64,000 nucleotides of DNA from Cytophagales bacterium (GTDB lineage Bacteria > Bacteroidota > Bacteroidia > Cytophagales > Cyclobacteriaceae). Position 1 is the first letter of the stretch; every line of letters begins with the position of its first letter. This document shows, piece by piece, positions 1-9,331 of the stretch. The translations under genes were made by a program, and so were the position numbers. The stretch covers positions 34,678 through 98,677 of the forward strand of contig JAWXBL010000005.1 of assembly GCA_034440075.1 (NCBI GenBank), given 5' to 3'. The notes below the pieces were generated by a model. That model ran no database searches. It was given only the letters and a program-made list of their open reading frames with translations, and was not told the DNA's origin.

Positions 1-6
1 AAAGAC

Positions 7-1623
7 ATGCAGGGAATCGTATCCGGAAGGGTGCACAACGCGCTGTACTATCCGCCGATGTTGAACCTCAACAAACTGATTCAACCGGATTTTTCCATCT
101 TCCGTGTGGCGGAAGTTTTTAAGGAACCGATCCTTCGCGAATACGGCGTAGCTTTTTTTAACGGCTACGGAACCGAGATCAACCAGTTTGCGCCGGGCCA
201 CCCTGAATGGGAAGCGGAGCAGTATCGGTTTCTGGGTAGGACGTCACGGATTCTGCGTGAGAACAGTCCGAATTTCCATGGCAAAAATTTCCATCCGCTG
301 GTTACAACACTCCGTGACAGCATCTGGGTCAATCAATGGCCAACGGAAAAAAAGATTATCTACACGATATGGAGTACGAAACCGGAGGGACTGCATGGTC
401 CGCTTTTTGAAATCACTCCGCGGGAAGGATTTCACTGGGTAGATCTTTGGAATCACCGGGAAGCAGAAGTGATTCAACGCGGGGGAAAGCACTTTGTGAA
501 AACGGACATGGATTCGTTCGATGCTGCATATCTCGGAACAAATAACGAAGGGACAGTCGGCTGCCTCGCCGAATTGCAATCCGTACTTACTGCGACGCTC
601 GCAGGGGATGTGCTGACCATGCAGTCGGCAGAAGGATCCATCCGGCTTTGGGCCGGCGATCCGGACTATGAAAAGACGCCGGTTATCCTTGGAACAGGAA
701 GCCATACCATATTTGTCGCACAAACCTTCGGCCGCTTTGAAGGGAAGCTGGTTGTTCAGGCATTTAGCGGTCGGAATCTATTGGACGAATTGGAACTCCA
801 GATAATTCCAGGGAACCCCAGGCTCATCAGCAAGGTATCCTCGGTGCCTGGTGCAGGCTCGGTACCAAAAGGTTTGGTGACAATTCCAGCCGGATCGTTT
901 CAGTTCGAGACAAGCCATGGGGACGCCTTCATTCCTTATCCAGAGGTGTTCGAAAAGGAGGTGGTTGCCTTTCCTTCGTTCTACATGGATCGCTTTCCAG
1001 TAACCAACGAACAGTTTAAGACATTCCTGACCGCGTCTGGCTATGTGCCAGGGGATATCAGTAACTTCCTGAAGCACTGGAGAAACGGGAAAATCATCCG
1101 TGGCCAGGAACGGTTTCCGGTGGTCTATGTATCATACGAAGATGCGGCGGCCTATGGCCGGTGGGCAGGTAAACGGCTTCCGACGGAACGGGAATGGCAA
1201 TACGCGGCACAAACCGAAAAACGTAACGAGTGGCCGTGGAAGCAGTCCAAACCGGTCCGACGCACGGAGCAGGTAGTTACCGAAACATTGACGGTGACGA
1301 CGCTGGAGGGAATCAACCCCAAAAACTGCAACCTGGGGGATGGGATGCCGTATGTTGTAGGAAAGTACCCGGCTGGGGCAAATCCCTTCGGACTGCACGA
1401 CCTTGTCGGCAGTGTCTGGCAGCTCACCAACGACATCTATGAAAGCGGCAGTTACCGGTACATCATGATGAAAGGGGGGAGCTACTTCAAACCGTCTTCC
1501 AGCTGGTGGTATGTTCAGGGAGGGCCACGGGAACTTCACTACCGGCAGTATTTACTGCGCGTATCCGAAGGCTTTGAGCGAAATGCAACGGTGGGGTTCC
1601 GGTGTGTGGTCGACAGAAAGTAG
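7..1623 (+). CDS. Formylglycine-generating enzyme (SUMF1/FGE-sulfatase) domain protein, probably N-terminally truncated by the window edge
   Basis: C-terminal motifs FYMDRFPVTNEQF, RLPTEREWQYAA, NPFGLHDLVGSVWQ and GFRCV. The frame is open to position 1. Confidence 0.8.
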   Translation: MQGIVSGRVHNALYYPPMLNLNKLIQPDFSIFRVAEVFKEPILREYGVAFFNGYGTEINQFAPGHPEWEAEQYRFLGRTSRILRENSPNFHGKNFHPLVTTLRDSIWVNQWPTEKKIIYTIWSTKPEGLHGPLFEITPREGFHWVDLWNHREAEVIQRGGKHFVKTDMDSFDAAYLGTNNEGTVGCLAELQSVLTATLAGDVLTMQSAEGSIRLWAGDPDYEKTPVILGTGSHTIFVAQTFGRFEGKLVVQAFSGRNLLDELELQIIPGNPRLISKVSSVPGAGSVPKGLVTIPAGSFQFETSHGDAFIPYPEVFEKEVVAFPSFYMDRFPVTNEQFKTFLTASGYVPGDISNFLKHWRNGKIIRGQERFPVVYVSYEDAAAYGRWAGKRLPTEREWQYAAQTEKRNEWPWKQSKPVRRTEQVVTETLTVTTLEGINPKNCNLGDGMPYVVGKYPAGANPFGLHDLVGSVWQLTNDIYESGSYRYIMMKGGSYFKPSSSWWYVQGGPRELHYRQYLLRVSEGFERNATVGFRCVVDRK

Positions 1624-1708
1624 CTGAATCAAGTTTGAAAAATCATTCATTATCAATAATTTAGCATCATAGACCTACTTCTTTACTCTAACTAGATTTT
1701 TTTTTGAT

Positions 1709-2563
1709 ATGAGAGCTATTTGGAAAGGCCATATTCGGTTTTCGTTGGTCACCATCCCCATCCGGGTGTATAATGCGATCGACAGCGGACAAACCATCAG
1801 TTTTAATCTGTTGTCGAAGGACGGTCACAACCCCGTCAGCTATGAGAAGAAGGACAAAGTAACGGGCAAGACGCTCAGGCAGGAAGACATTTGCAAGGGC
1901 TACCAGTACGAGCCTGGTCAATATGTCATCATCGATGATGATGACTTTTACAAAGTCAAACTGAAGAGTACCCGGGTGATTGATATCGAAGGATTCGTGA
2001 AGAGTGCGGAAGTACACCCCACGCTCTTTGATGCCCCATACTTTATCGGTCCCGACGGGGAAATCGCTGCGAAGACGTATGCACTCCTGTGTAAGACCCT
2101 GAAAGAATCAGGCAAGATGGGGGTAGGACGGGTGGTGCTTCGCGACCGGGAAACGGTGGTGCTGCTCACCCCGGAGGCGAACGGAATTCTTTTGTACAAA
2201 CTCCGGTATCCCAATGAAGTTAGAAGTATAGGTGAAGTGCCGCAACTTATTGAGAATGTAAAGGTTGACAAGGCTCAGATCAAGATGGCTAAGATGCTTG
2301 TTGACAGTATGTCGAAGCAGTTTGTAGACATTGAGATGAAGGACAACTACCAGGATGCCCTCCGTGGGATGATTCAGGCCAAGATCGAAGGCAAGGAGAT
2401 CGTTACGATTGCGGAAGAGGAAACGCCGGTGGTGGATATCATGACGGCGTTGAAGGCGAGCATTGAAAAGGCGAAGAAGCCGATGGAAAAGGCCAAGGGC
2501 AAGGTCGCCAAGGAAAAGAAGAAGGCGCAGAAGGAAACCAAGGGCCGACGCAAGGCCGGCTAA
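1709..2563 (+). CDS. ku: Ku DNA end-binding protein (NHEJ)
   Basis: MRAIWKGHIRFSLVTIP N-terminus, KGYQYEPGQYVII, PYFIGP, VVDIMTALKAS and a Lys-rich C-terminal tail. Confidence 0.95.
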   Translation: MRAIWKGHIRFSLVTIPIRVYNAIDSGQTISFNLLSKDGHNPVSYEKKDKVTGKTLRQEDICKGYQYEPGQYVIIDDDDFYKVKLKSTRVIDIEGFVKSAEVHPTLFDAPYFIGPDGEIAAKTYALLCKTLKESGKMGVGRVVLRDRETVVLLTPEANGILLYKLRYPNEVRSIGEVPQLIENVKVDKAQIKMAKMLVDSMSKQFVDIEMKDNYQDALRGMIQAKIEGKEIVTIAEEETPVVDIMTALKASIEKAKKPMEKAKGKVAKEKKKAQKETKGRRKAG

Positions 2564-2588
2564 AGTTGTACAGGGTTTTCGGATGCGG

Positions 2589-2596
2589 TATCTTTG
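2589..2596 (+). promoter_or_regulatory. Bacteroidota -7 promoter element for the TPR gene
   Basis: TATCTTTG matches TAnnTTTG; TTG at 2566-2568 lies 20 nt upstream; ATG at 2603. Confidence 0.6.
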
Positions 2597-2602
2597 TCCC
2601 GC

Positions 2603-3199
2603 ATGGCAAAGGTTGTCAAGTTTCCTATCCAGCCTCCCGAGAAATTCGGTTTCAGGCGTGTCCGCAAGAAGCGGGAAGCTCCTGCGAAGCGAAGCAGTCA
2701 GCTCAATTTGTTTACGGGTGGAAAGGTCATCAAGCTCCATCAGCTCAGTGCCTTTGATGAGGCCCTCTTACTGGATGAAAACAATGACAAATCCGCCAAA
2801 GAGCATTACCTAAAGGCCATTGAGGAGGGGGACAGCGTAGCCGACGCCTATTGCAACCTGGGAATCATCGAATCAAAACTCCGCAGCTATCCGAAAGCCA
2901 TTGACTGCTTTACGCTTTCGCTGAAAGAAGACCCCCGGCATTTCGAATCCCATTATAACCTGGCCAATCTGTATGCAGAAATCAATAACCTGCCGCTGGC
3001 CAAGGTGCATTATCAAACGTCTATCGTGTTGGAGCCTGATTTTCCGAACAGCTATTTCAACCTTGGCTTGACGCTGGCGATGAACCAGGAGGTAGATGCG
3101 GCTATCAACACGTTGTTGGAATACCGGCGCCTGGCCTCGGATGATGAGCACAAGCAGGTTGACGAGCTGATTGAATACCTTACCAGGGCCGTCCGGTAA
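2603..3199 (+). CDS. TPR protein with a basic N-terminus and a QLNLF motif
   Basis: TPR signatures AYCNLGII, SHYNLANLY and SYFNLGLTL. ATG start chosen at 2603 (ORF track starts at TTG 2594). Confidence 0.85.
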   Translation: MAKVVKFPIQPPEKFGFRRVRKKREAPAKRSSQLNLFTGGKVIKLHQLSAFDEALLLDENNDKSAKEHYLKAIEEGDSVADAYCNLGIIESKLRSYPKAIDCFTLSLKEDPRHFESHYNLANLYAEINNLPLAKVHYQTSIVLEPDFPNSYFNLGLTLAMNQEVDAAINTLLEYRRLASDDEHKQVDELIEYLTRAVR

Positions 3200-3247
3200 T
3201 ACGATTACCATCACAAATACTAAGGCCCGTTTGCATTCGGAATCTTT

Positions 3248-4057
3248 CTACAGCGCCCAGATCGTTACATAAAAGAGAATCGCCCGGTACAACTCCAGCG
3301 AAAGCCTCAACACTAGGATCATCAGCACTGAACGCACGATCAGTTTGATGCCCCGGTCCTGATAGAACGTGTACCCGGCACGCAGCAGAAAATACAGATT
3401 GGTCATCACCAGGATGGCTGTCAATCCCAACTCGCCCAGCTGCGAACCCCGCAGGAAAACGGAAAGTACGATGGCGTTGATGAACAGGTTGAAGCAAACG
3501 AGTTCTACAGCCAGTCCGGCATGGTCGGTAAAATAGCGGTTCCGTGTTCGGTAAATGAGATTCAAAGGCAAGGAAACGACAATGGCGAACAGAATGACGA
3601 GCATTTTCGCCAGGCCCGCCGTCTTCTGGTCATACAGCAGTTCAAAGGATCGGATATCGCCGATACCCAGGGTGTTCATTTTCCAGACGATGACGTCTAC
3701 GGTATACTCCCCGTGAATCGAATTCATCTGCGTCCGCAGGGATGCATTGAAGAGCTGAATGATGGGGAAAAGGAAATAGACCAGGTTGAGCAAAAAGAAG
3801 AGGGAGAGGGGCCGGAGATACTTCACTCTGCGTCCTTCGGCATGCTCAAGGGAAAGGAATCCCGGCCGGACGACGGTCAACCAGAGTGATTTGATGAACT
3901 TGGTATCTGAAAAGGTCAACGCGGCGAAGATTCCGCGGAGCAGCGTGCGGAAGGAGCGGTCCTTCGGCAGGATCACTTTCTCACCGCATTCATTGCAATA
4001 CAGTCCATGGAACTTGCTGCTGCAACTCTTACAAATGTGTTGAAATTCTTCCGCCAT
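3248..4057 (-). CDS. DUF3667 domain membrane protein
   Basis: N-terminal CxxC...YCNECGEK zinc ribbon, LRPLSLFFLLNLVYF, several TM segments. Confidence 0.8.
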   Translation of the reverse strand: MAEEFQHICKSCSSKFHGLYCNECGEKVILPKDRSFRTLLRGIFAALTFSDTKFIKSLWLTVVRPGFLSLEHAEGRRVKYLRPLSLFFLLNLVYFLFPIIQLFNASLRTQMNSIHGEYTVDVIVWKMNTLGIGDIRSFELLYDQKTAGLAKMLVILFAIVVSLPLNLIYRTRNRYFTDHAGLAVELVCFNLFINAIVLSVFLRGSQLGELGLTAILVMTNLYFLLRAGYTFYQDRGIKLIVRSVLMILVLRLSLELYRAILFYVTIWAL

Positions 4058-4072
4058 GCTATCGCTTCAAAG

Positions 4073-4609
4073 CTAACTGTTTCCGGCAACCGCAAGCTTT
4101 TTCAATTGCCGCAAGGTCTTTCCGGCCCGGCTTATGAACGCCGCGGAGCCGTACGGCACCTTGTCCTCGAGTACCAGAGTCAGTTCGGAGCGCAAGGCCG
4201 GTTGTTCATGGGCGATGTTGAAGAGGACCGTCATGGCAAAGACACGGATCGCTACCGGTTCATTCGCGTTCGTGAGTAATTCAAAACATCGTTCGGCCGC
4301 CTCCCCCTGGAGGGTTCTGGGTATGGCAACAAACTGGAGCAGGCGCAGGGTGTTTCGCCGAACAGCATCGTGGACCCCCTGCGTTCCCAGATTCCGAATA
4401 ACCTTCCGCAGGTGTGGCTTGATCAGGGACGGGTGCTGCTGCACACAATAACTCAGCGGCCAGGATGCCCGCTGCTGCACCACGTAGGAGCCGGTGAGGA
4501 AAAGGTCCATCAACTCAGCAAACCGGGAGGGATCCTCCCCGACATAACCCACAATTTTGCGGCGGATGGCTACGGAATGGTCCCGCAAAAGCGTTTGCAT
4601 CATATTCAT
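4073..4609 (-). CDS. Conserved alpha-helical (HEAT/ARM-like) hypothetical protein
   Basis: Helical repeat pattern (QRASWPLSYC, VRRNTLRLLQ, EPVAIRVFAMTVL). Function not supported. Confidence 0.55.
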   Translation of the reverse strand: MNMMQTLLRDHSVAIRRKIVGYVGEDPSRFAELMDLFLTGSYVVQQRASWPLSYCVQQHPSLIKPHLRKVIRNLGTQGVHDAVRRNTLRLLQFVAIPRTLQGEAAERCFELLTNANEPVAIRVFAMTVLFNIAHEQPALRSELTLVLEDKVPYGSAAFISRAGKTLRQLKKLAVAGNS

Positions 4610-4819
4610 AATCAACAATTTACTTTAAATAAACATCCATAATGAATTGACTGTTAGGATAGTATAATACTTTATATTAGCTTCACATTCCATTTTAAAC
4701 GATACGTTATGCTGGTATTTTTTGCGATCGTTGCCTTTCTGACCTTCCAATTAGGCCATTGTTTCCTGTGCTTCTATCTTATGGATGCACAAAGACACCG
4801 CCAATTGCTGACCAAGGGG

Positions 4820-5245
4820 CTACTGTCCTTTTTCTAACCGAAAGGCGTCAACAATCTCCTCCGAGATTCGTCTTGGCTTACCGGTTCCGGGATCGAGCAG
4901 GCACCACGTACTTTGTGCGCGGGCCAGTATCTTACCATCGGTACTGCGCTGGATAGAAACATGGCGCACCTGACGGGGTCCTTTGGGCGCATCTACCCAG
5001 GTGCTGGCTATCAGCTTGTCACCGGCGACTGCGGGAACCTGATAGTCTATTTCATGACGGAGAACCACCCACGCGCATGTCTTTCTCAGGGCCTCGGATG
5101 CTGCGTGCTGCCAATGGGCGGCAGCAACATCCTGGACCCATTGTAAATACACCACGTTGTTTACATGCTGGAGGTCGTCGATGTGTGCTTCTTGCACGAG
5201 GATTGGTATGCGGAATACGTCCCGATCGGGGGGCTGCGGTGTCAT
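4820..5245 (-). CDS. Acyl-CoA thioesterase (4HBT hot-dog fold)
   Basis: IDDLQHVNNVVYLQW motif and WVVLRHEIDY. Confidence 0.88.
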   Translation of the reverse strand: MTPQPPDRDVFRIPILVQEAHIDDLQHVNNVVYLQWVQDVAAAHWQHAASEALRKTCAWVVLRHEIDYQVPAVAGDKLIASTWVDAPKGPRQVRHVSIQRSTDGKILARAQSTWCLLDPGTGKPRRISEEIVDAFRLEKGQ

Positions 5246-5248
5246 GCG

Positions 5249-6079
5249 TCAGCGTACTTTGCCGGCGGCTTTTTTGAAACCGGATGTAACCATATCCCGG
5301 AAACGGGTGGGAGCAAGGCGCTTCCAGAACCAGGCTTTGCGCGCGATCTTCGGAAGGATAATATACAATTCCCCTGCACCCGCCCGGTGCAGAATCTCCT
5401 GCGCTACTTCCCGTGCTTCCAATCGGGAATGATCGATAAAGAACTGCGTGATCTTTTTGACCCCGTCGCCTCCGCGGACACTTTGAGCAATATTTGTCTT
5501 GAAATAGGAGGGCTGGATGCAGGAAACCTTTACGTTAAAGTCACCAAGCTCACCGTACAACGTTTCGCTGATTGCCACCACCGCAGCTTTGGTCATGTTG
5601 TAGGCACCCATCGTCGGAGCGCAAGTGATTGCCGCAAGGCTTGCCGTATTGAGGATGTGCCCGGATCGTTGCTTTTTGAATGCCGGAATGAAAAAGTGGC
5701 AGCCGTAAATCACGCTGAGCTGGTTTACCCGGATCATCCACTCCCAGTTGTCGAGGGAATATTCCTCAAACGCACCGCCGTCACCGACGCCGGCATTATT
5801 AAACAATAGGTCGATGCCACCGGCCTTTTGGAGGAAATCGCCGGCCACGGTTTGATAGGCGTCGCGGTCTGAGACATCGAGGTGGAAGGGGAAAACCGCA
5901 GCACCCTGGCTCGTGAATTCCGCGGCCGCTTCTTTCAGTTTTTCGGCATTCAGGTCAGCAATCCCCAACGTCCAGCCATCCGCGGCCAGTTCGGTGCATA
6001 GTGCTTTTCCAAGACCCGAAGCAGCGCCCGTTACAAAAGCACGGCGACGGGGATAGGTGGTTGAGAGTTTGTAGGTCAT
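5249..6079 (-). CDS. SDR family oxidoreductase
   Basis: TGAASGLG, NNAG and YNMTK (YxxxK). Confidence 0.9.
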   Translation of the reverse strand: MTYKLSTTYPRRRAFVTGAASGLGKALCTELAADGWTLGIADLNAEKLKEAAAEFTSQGAAVFPFHLDVSDRDAYQTVAGDFLQKAGGIDLLFNNAGVGDGGAFEEYSLDNWEWMIRVNQLSVIYGCHFFIPAFKKQRSGHILNTASLAAITCAPTMGAYNMTKAAVVAISETLYGELGDFNVKVSCIQPSYFKTNIAQSVRGGDGVKKITQFFIDHSRLEAREVAQEILHRAGAGELYIILPKIARKAWFWKRLAPTRFRDMVTSGFKKAAGKVR

Positions 6080-6120
6080 AATTCGTTTAACAAAGATAGC
6101 GACAGCCCGGACTCATTTTT

Positions 6121-7173
6121 TCAGATTGCGTTTTTATCGATGGCCTCGCTGCCTCTTCTGGCCAGGTCATGAATCACATGGATCAGCTGGCCGAAGCGGG
6201 CATCCGTGGAATGACCTTGTTTCCAGCGGCTATAAATCTGCTGGGCGATGACGGCATTTTTAAACAATCCGAAGACGTAATAGAAAACCGGACTGTCCAC
6301 TGCCCGCCCGCTTTTTTCCATGTAACGCTGCACCACCTCTGTCCGGGGCATATTGCCGGGAAGCCACGAGATGTTAAAGACCTTGGCGAGAGGCCCATCG
6401 CGTCCTTCTCCCCAGTAAGCCAGCGAGGCTCCCAGGTCCATCCACGGATCGCCGACAGTGGCCATTTCCCAATCCAGAACACCGATGATTTCGGAAAAAT
6501 CTTCCCTGAAGACGACGTTATCGTATTTATAGTCGTTGTGAAGCAGGGTGGGTGCTGTGTCTACCGGCTGATTGAACATCAACCACTCCCCGAGGGCGTC
6601 CATTTTTTCAATAATATCGGTTTGGGCTGTCTCATAGCGCCGCGTCCATCCTTCTACCTGTCTTTGGATATACCCTTCGGGTTTTCCAAGCTGATCCAAC
6701 CCTGTATCATAAATATTGATGGCATGCAGCGCAACCAGGTTGTCTACGAGAGCTTCCGAAAGTTTCTTCATTTCTGCCGGTGCAAGCCCGATTTTTTTCA
6801 CATCGCCCGGCCGGAGAATGATGCCGCGCAATCGCTCCATGATGTAAAACGGTGCCCCAATCGCATCGACCCCTTCGCAATAGTGCAGGGGTGTCGGAAT
6901 TTTCTGGTAGTGATCCTTCAACAAGGACAGCACCTTAAATTCACGGCCCATGTCGTGCGCAGATTTTATAGCCGCACCAAAAGGTGGGCGGCGCAGGATG
7001 AATTCACCGGTATCAGTCATCAGCAGGTAGGTCAGGTTGGAATACCCTCCTGGAAACTGCTTTTGTGCCACCACGACTCCAAGGTGGGGCGCATGACCTT
7101 GCAAGTATACGTTGAGTTTTACGAGATCAAGTTCTTCTCCCTTCCTGGAATCGACAGGCTCATCGGTTTGCAT
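6121..7173 (-). CDS. APH-like phosphotransferase (ACAD10/11 kinase-domain / LvaA-like)
   Basis: QFPGGYSNLTY, LRRPP, AHDMGREFKVL, HNDYKYDNV and LDWEMATVGDP. Confidence 0.88.
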   Translation of the reverse strand: MQTDEPVDSRKGEELDLVKLNVYLQGHAPHLGVVVAQKQFPGGYSNLTYLLMTDTGEFILRRPPFGAAIKSAHDMGREFKVLSLLKDHYQKIPTPLHYCEGVDAIGAPFYIMERLRGIILRPGDVKKIGLAPAEMKKLSEALVDNLVALHAINIYDTGLDQLGKPEGYIQRQVEGWTRRYETAQTDIIEKMDALGEWLMFNQPVDTAPTLLHNDYKYDNVVFREDFSEIIGVLDWEMATVGDPWMDLGASLAYWGEGRDGPLAKVFNISWLPGNMPRTEVVQRYMEKSGRAVDSPVFYYVFGLFKNAVIAQQIYSRWKQGHSTDARFGQLIHVIHDLARRGSEAIDKNAI

Positions 7174-7187
7174 AGTCGCTCGGCTTA

Positions 7188-8405
7188 CTATTTTTTTCGT
7201 TTCTTCTCCAGGCCGTAGCCTTTCAGAATGCTTTGCGCCAGACTTTGTTTGTGCACCTCATCGGCTCCGTCCCAGATGCGAGCGCCACGTTCATGCTGAT
7301 AAAGTGTTGCGAGCATCGTTCCGTCGGTAAGACCGAGTGCACCGTGAACCTGAATCGCCCGGTCAAGCACGCGAAGGACCATGTTGGCCGTGTAGAATTT
7401 GATTCCGGAAATTTCATAGCGTGCAGCAGCAGCACCGTCGGCGTCAATCGTTGTGGCTGTACGCAACACCAGTAATCGGGCTGCATCAATTTCCACGCGG
7501 CTTTCGGCGATGAATCCCTGAACAAACTGTTTTTCGCCCAGCATCACGCCATCTTCAATTTCGCGGGTGGCAGCGCGCTGACACATCATGTCCAGCGCCT
7601 TCTCTGCGATCCCGATCCAGCGCATGCAATGGTGGATCCTGCCAGGACCGAGGCGTTCCTGCGCAAGTTTGAAACCATGGCCCTCTTCGCCGATGCGATA
7701 CGCAACCGGCACTTCACAATTTTCGAAACGCACCTCGGAGTGGCTTGCCCATCCGGCACCGGTTTCACCGAAGACCGGAATCTTGCGTACATGAACATAT
7801 CCTTTGGTGTCTAGCGGTACGATGATCATGCTCGCGCGCTGGTGTGGCGAGGCCTCCGGATTGGTGACAGCCATGACGATGGTGAACGCTGCGCCTTCAG
7901 CACTCGATGTAAACCATTTATGCCCGTTGATTATGTAGGAATCTCCTTTTCGAACGGCCGTGGTACCCAGCCGCGTTGGGTTCGATCCGGCAAAGGCGGG
8001 CTCGGTCATGGAGAAACAGCTCCTGGCTTTTCCTTCCAGCAGCGGATGCAGAAATGAATCTTTTTGGGAGGCCGAGCCAAACTTGCTGAGCAGCTCCATA
8101 TTTCCGATGTCCGGAGCCTGGCAATTGAAGGCATAGTGTCCGTAAAACGGTGTGCGTGACAGGGCTTCACTGATCTGTCCAAATTCACATAGCGTAAGCC
8201 CCAGCCCTCCTTCATTTTTAGGAAGGTGTAGTCCCCAGAGTCCGGCTTTCTTGACCAGCCCGCGCTTTTCGTTCAGCAGTTTATAGGTAGCCTCAATGGT
8301 CCGCTGGTGATGCCCCGCTTCCAGCGGAAGCAATTCCGCTTCGACGAATGATTTTACTTTCGGAAGCAGTTGCCGGAGACGGTCGGTAGCAAAAATATTT
8401 TCCAC
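7188..8405 (-). CDS. Acyl-CoA dehydrogenase (ACAD10/11 / LvaC-like)
   Basis: FNCQAPDIGNMELL, SCFSMTEP, GHKWFTS, AQERLGPGRIHHCMR and RIWDGADEVH. Confidence 0.92.
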   Translation of the reverse strand: MENIFATDRLRQLLPKVKSFVEAELLPLEAGHHQRTIEATYKLLNEKRGLVKKAGLWGLHLPKNEGGLGLTLCEFGQISEALSRTPFYGHYAFNCQAPDIGNMELLSKFGSASQKDSFLHPLLEGKARSCFSMTEPAFAGSNPTRLGTTAVRKGDSYIINGHKWFTSSAEGAAFTIVMAVTNPEASPHQRASMIIVPLDTKGYVHVRKIPVFGETGAGWASHSEVRFENCEVPVAYRIGEEGHGFKLAQERLGPGRIHHCMRWIGIAEKALDMMCQRAATREIEDGVMLGEKQFVQGFIAESRVEIDAARLLVLRTATTIDADGAAAARYEISGIKFYTANMVLRVLDRAIQVHGALGLTDGTMLATLYQHERGARIWDGADEVHKQSLAQSILKGYGLEKKRKK

Positions 8406-8423
8406 GGATAGGGGGTTAAAGGT

Positions 8424-9176
8424 TTAAATGGTTGTGCCGCCATCGGCGGTAAACAGCGTGCCGGTACAGTATCCCGACACATCGGAGGACAGGAACAAGG
8501 CGAGCGCAGCGATTTCTTCCACGGTGCCCATTCTTCCCATCGGCACCATCTTCATAAAGCGTTTCAGCATGGCCTCATCCTGCCACAGCGCCTGCGAGAA
8601 TTTCGTTTTGATAAGACCGGGGCAGATGGCGTTGACGCGAATGTTATCAGGACCCCATTCTTTGGCAAGCACCCTGGTGAGCATATTGAGGGCAGCTTTG
8701 GAGACAGAATAGATCCCCAGGCCGGGATCGGGGGTATCGCCTGCTATGGAACTTAGGTTGATAACGGATCCGCCGCCGCGATTCTTCATGATGGGGTAGG
8801 CATGCTTGCACAACTCGAAAGGTGCTTTCACATTTACGTTCATGATTTTGTCATAGGCCCAGTCTTCGGTCTGAACCACAGGTCCGTAGGCGGGGTTGGC
8901 CGCTGCGTTGTTGACCAGGATATCGAGGCCCCCGAACTTCGCTGCTGTCGTTTCTACCAGCATGGCGCATGTAGCAACATCCCCGGCATTTCCTGCAATG
9001 GCAAGACAGGATCCGCCGGCCGACTGGATCATGCTCGCCACCTTGTCGATTTCTTCCTGCTTACGCGAATTGATGACAACGTGGGCCCCGTGTGCAGCAA
9101 GCGTTAGCGCGATCGCCTCCCCAATGCCTTTGCTAGCGCCCGTGACCAGCGCTACTTTGTTCTTCAGATCTTTCAT
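8424..9176 (-). CDS. SDR oxidoreductase (DHRS4/FabG-like)
   Basis: TGASKGIG, NNAAANP, YSVSK and NAICPGLIKT. Confidence 0.9.
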   Translation of the reverse strand: MKDLKNKVALVTGASKGIGEAIALTLAAHGAHVVINSRKQEEIDKVASMIQSAGGSCLAIAGNAGDVATCAMLVETTAAKFGGLDILVNNAAANPAYGPVVQTEDWAYDKIMNVNVKAPFELCKHAYPIMKNRGGGSVINLSSIAGDTPDPGLGIYSVSKAALNMLTRVLAKEWGPDNIRVNAICPGLIKTKFSQALWQDEAMLKRFMKMVPMGRMGTVEEIAALALFLSSDVSGYCTGTLFTADGGTTI

Positions 9177-9331
9177 GGTGTTTTGTTATTTGTGCGCCTG
9201 GCAGCAAGTAAAGGAAAGTTGTCTTCTTTTGGATGATGGAAATCAGGCGGGTCTAAAAATATCCAGAACCTTGTACAATTACTATACATTTTTTGATAAT
9301 GATTGTACCTTGTAAACCTGCTGAGAGCTTT

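Noticed and set aside
6169-7218. Long antisense ORFs (349 aa here; 393 aa at 43315-44496; 395 aa at 56718-57905; 325 aa at 50929-51906)
   Set aside because: They are mirror frames of well-supported GC-rich genes and have no motifs.
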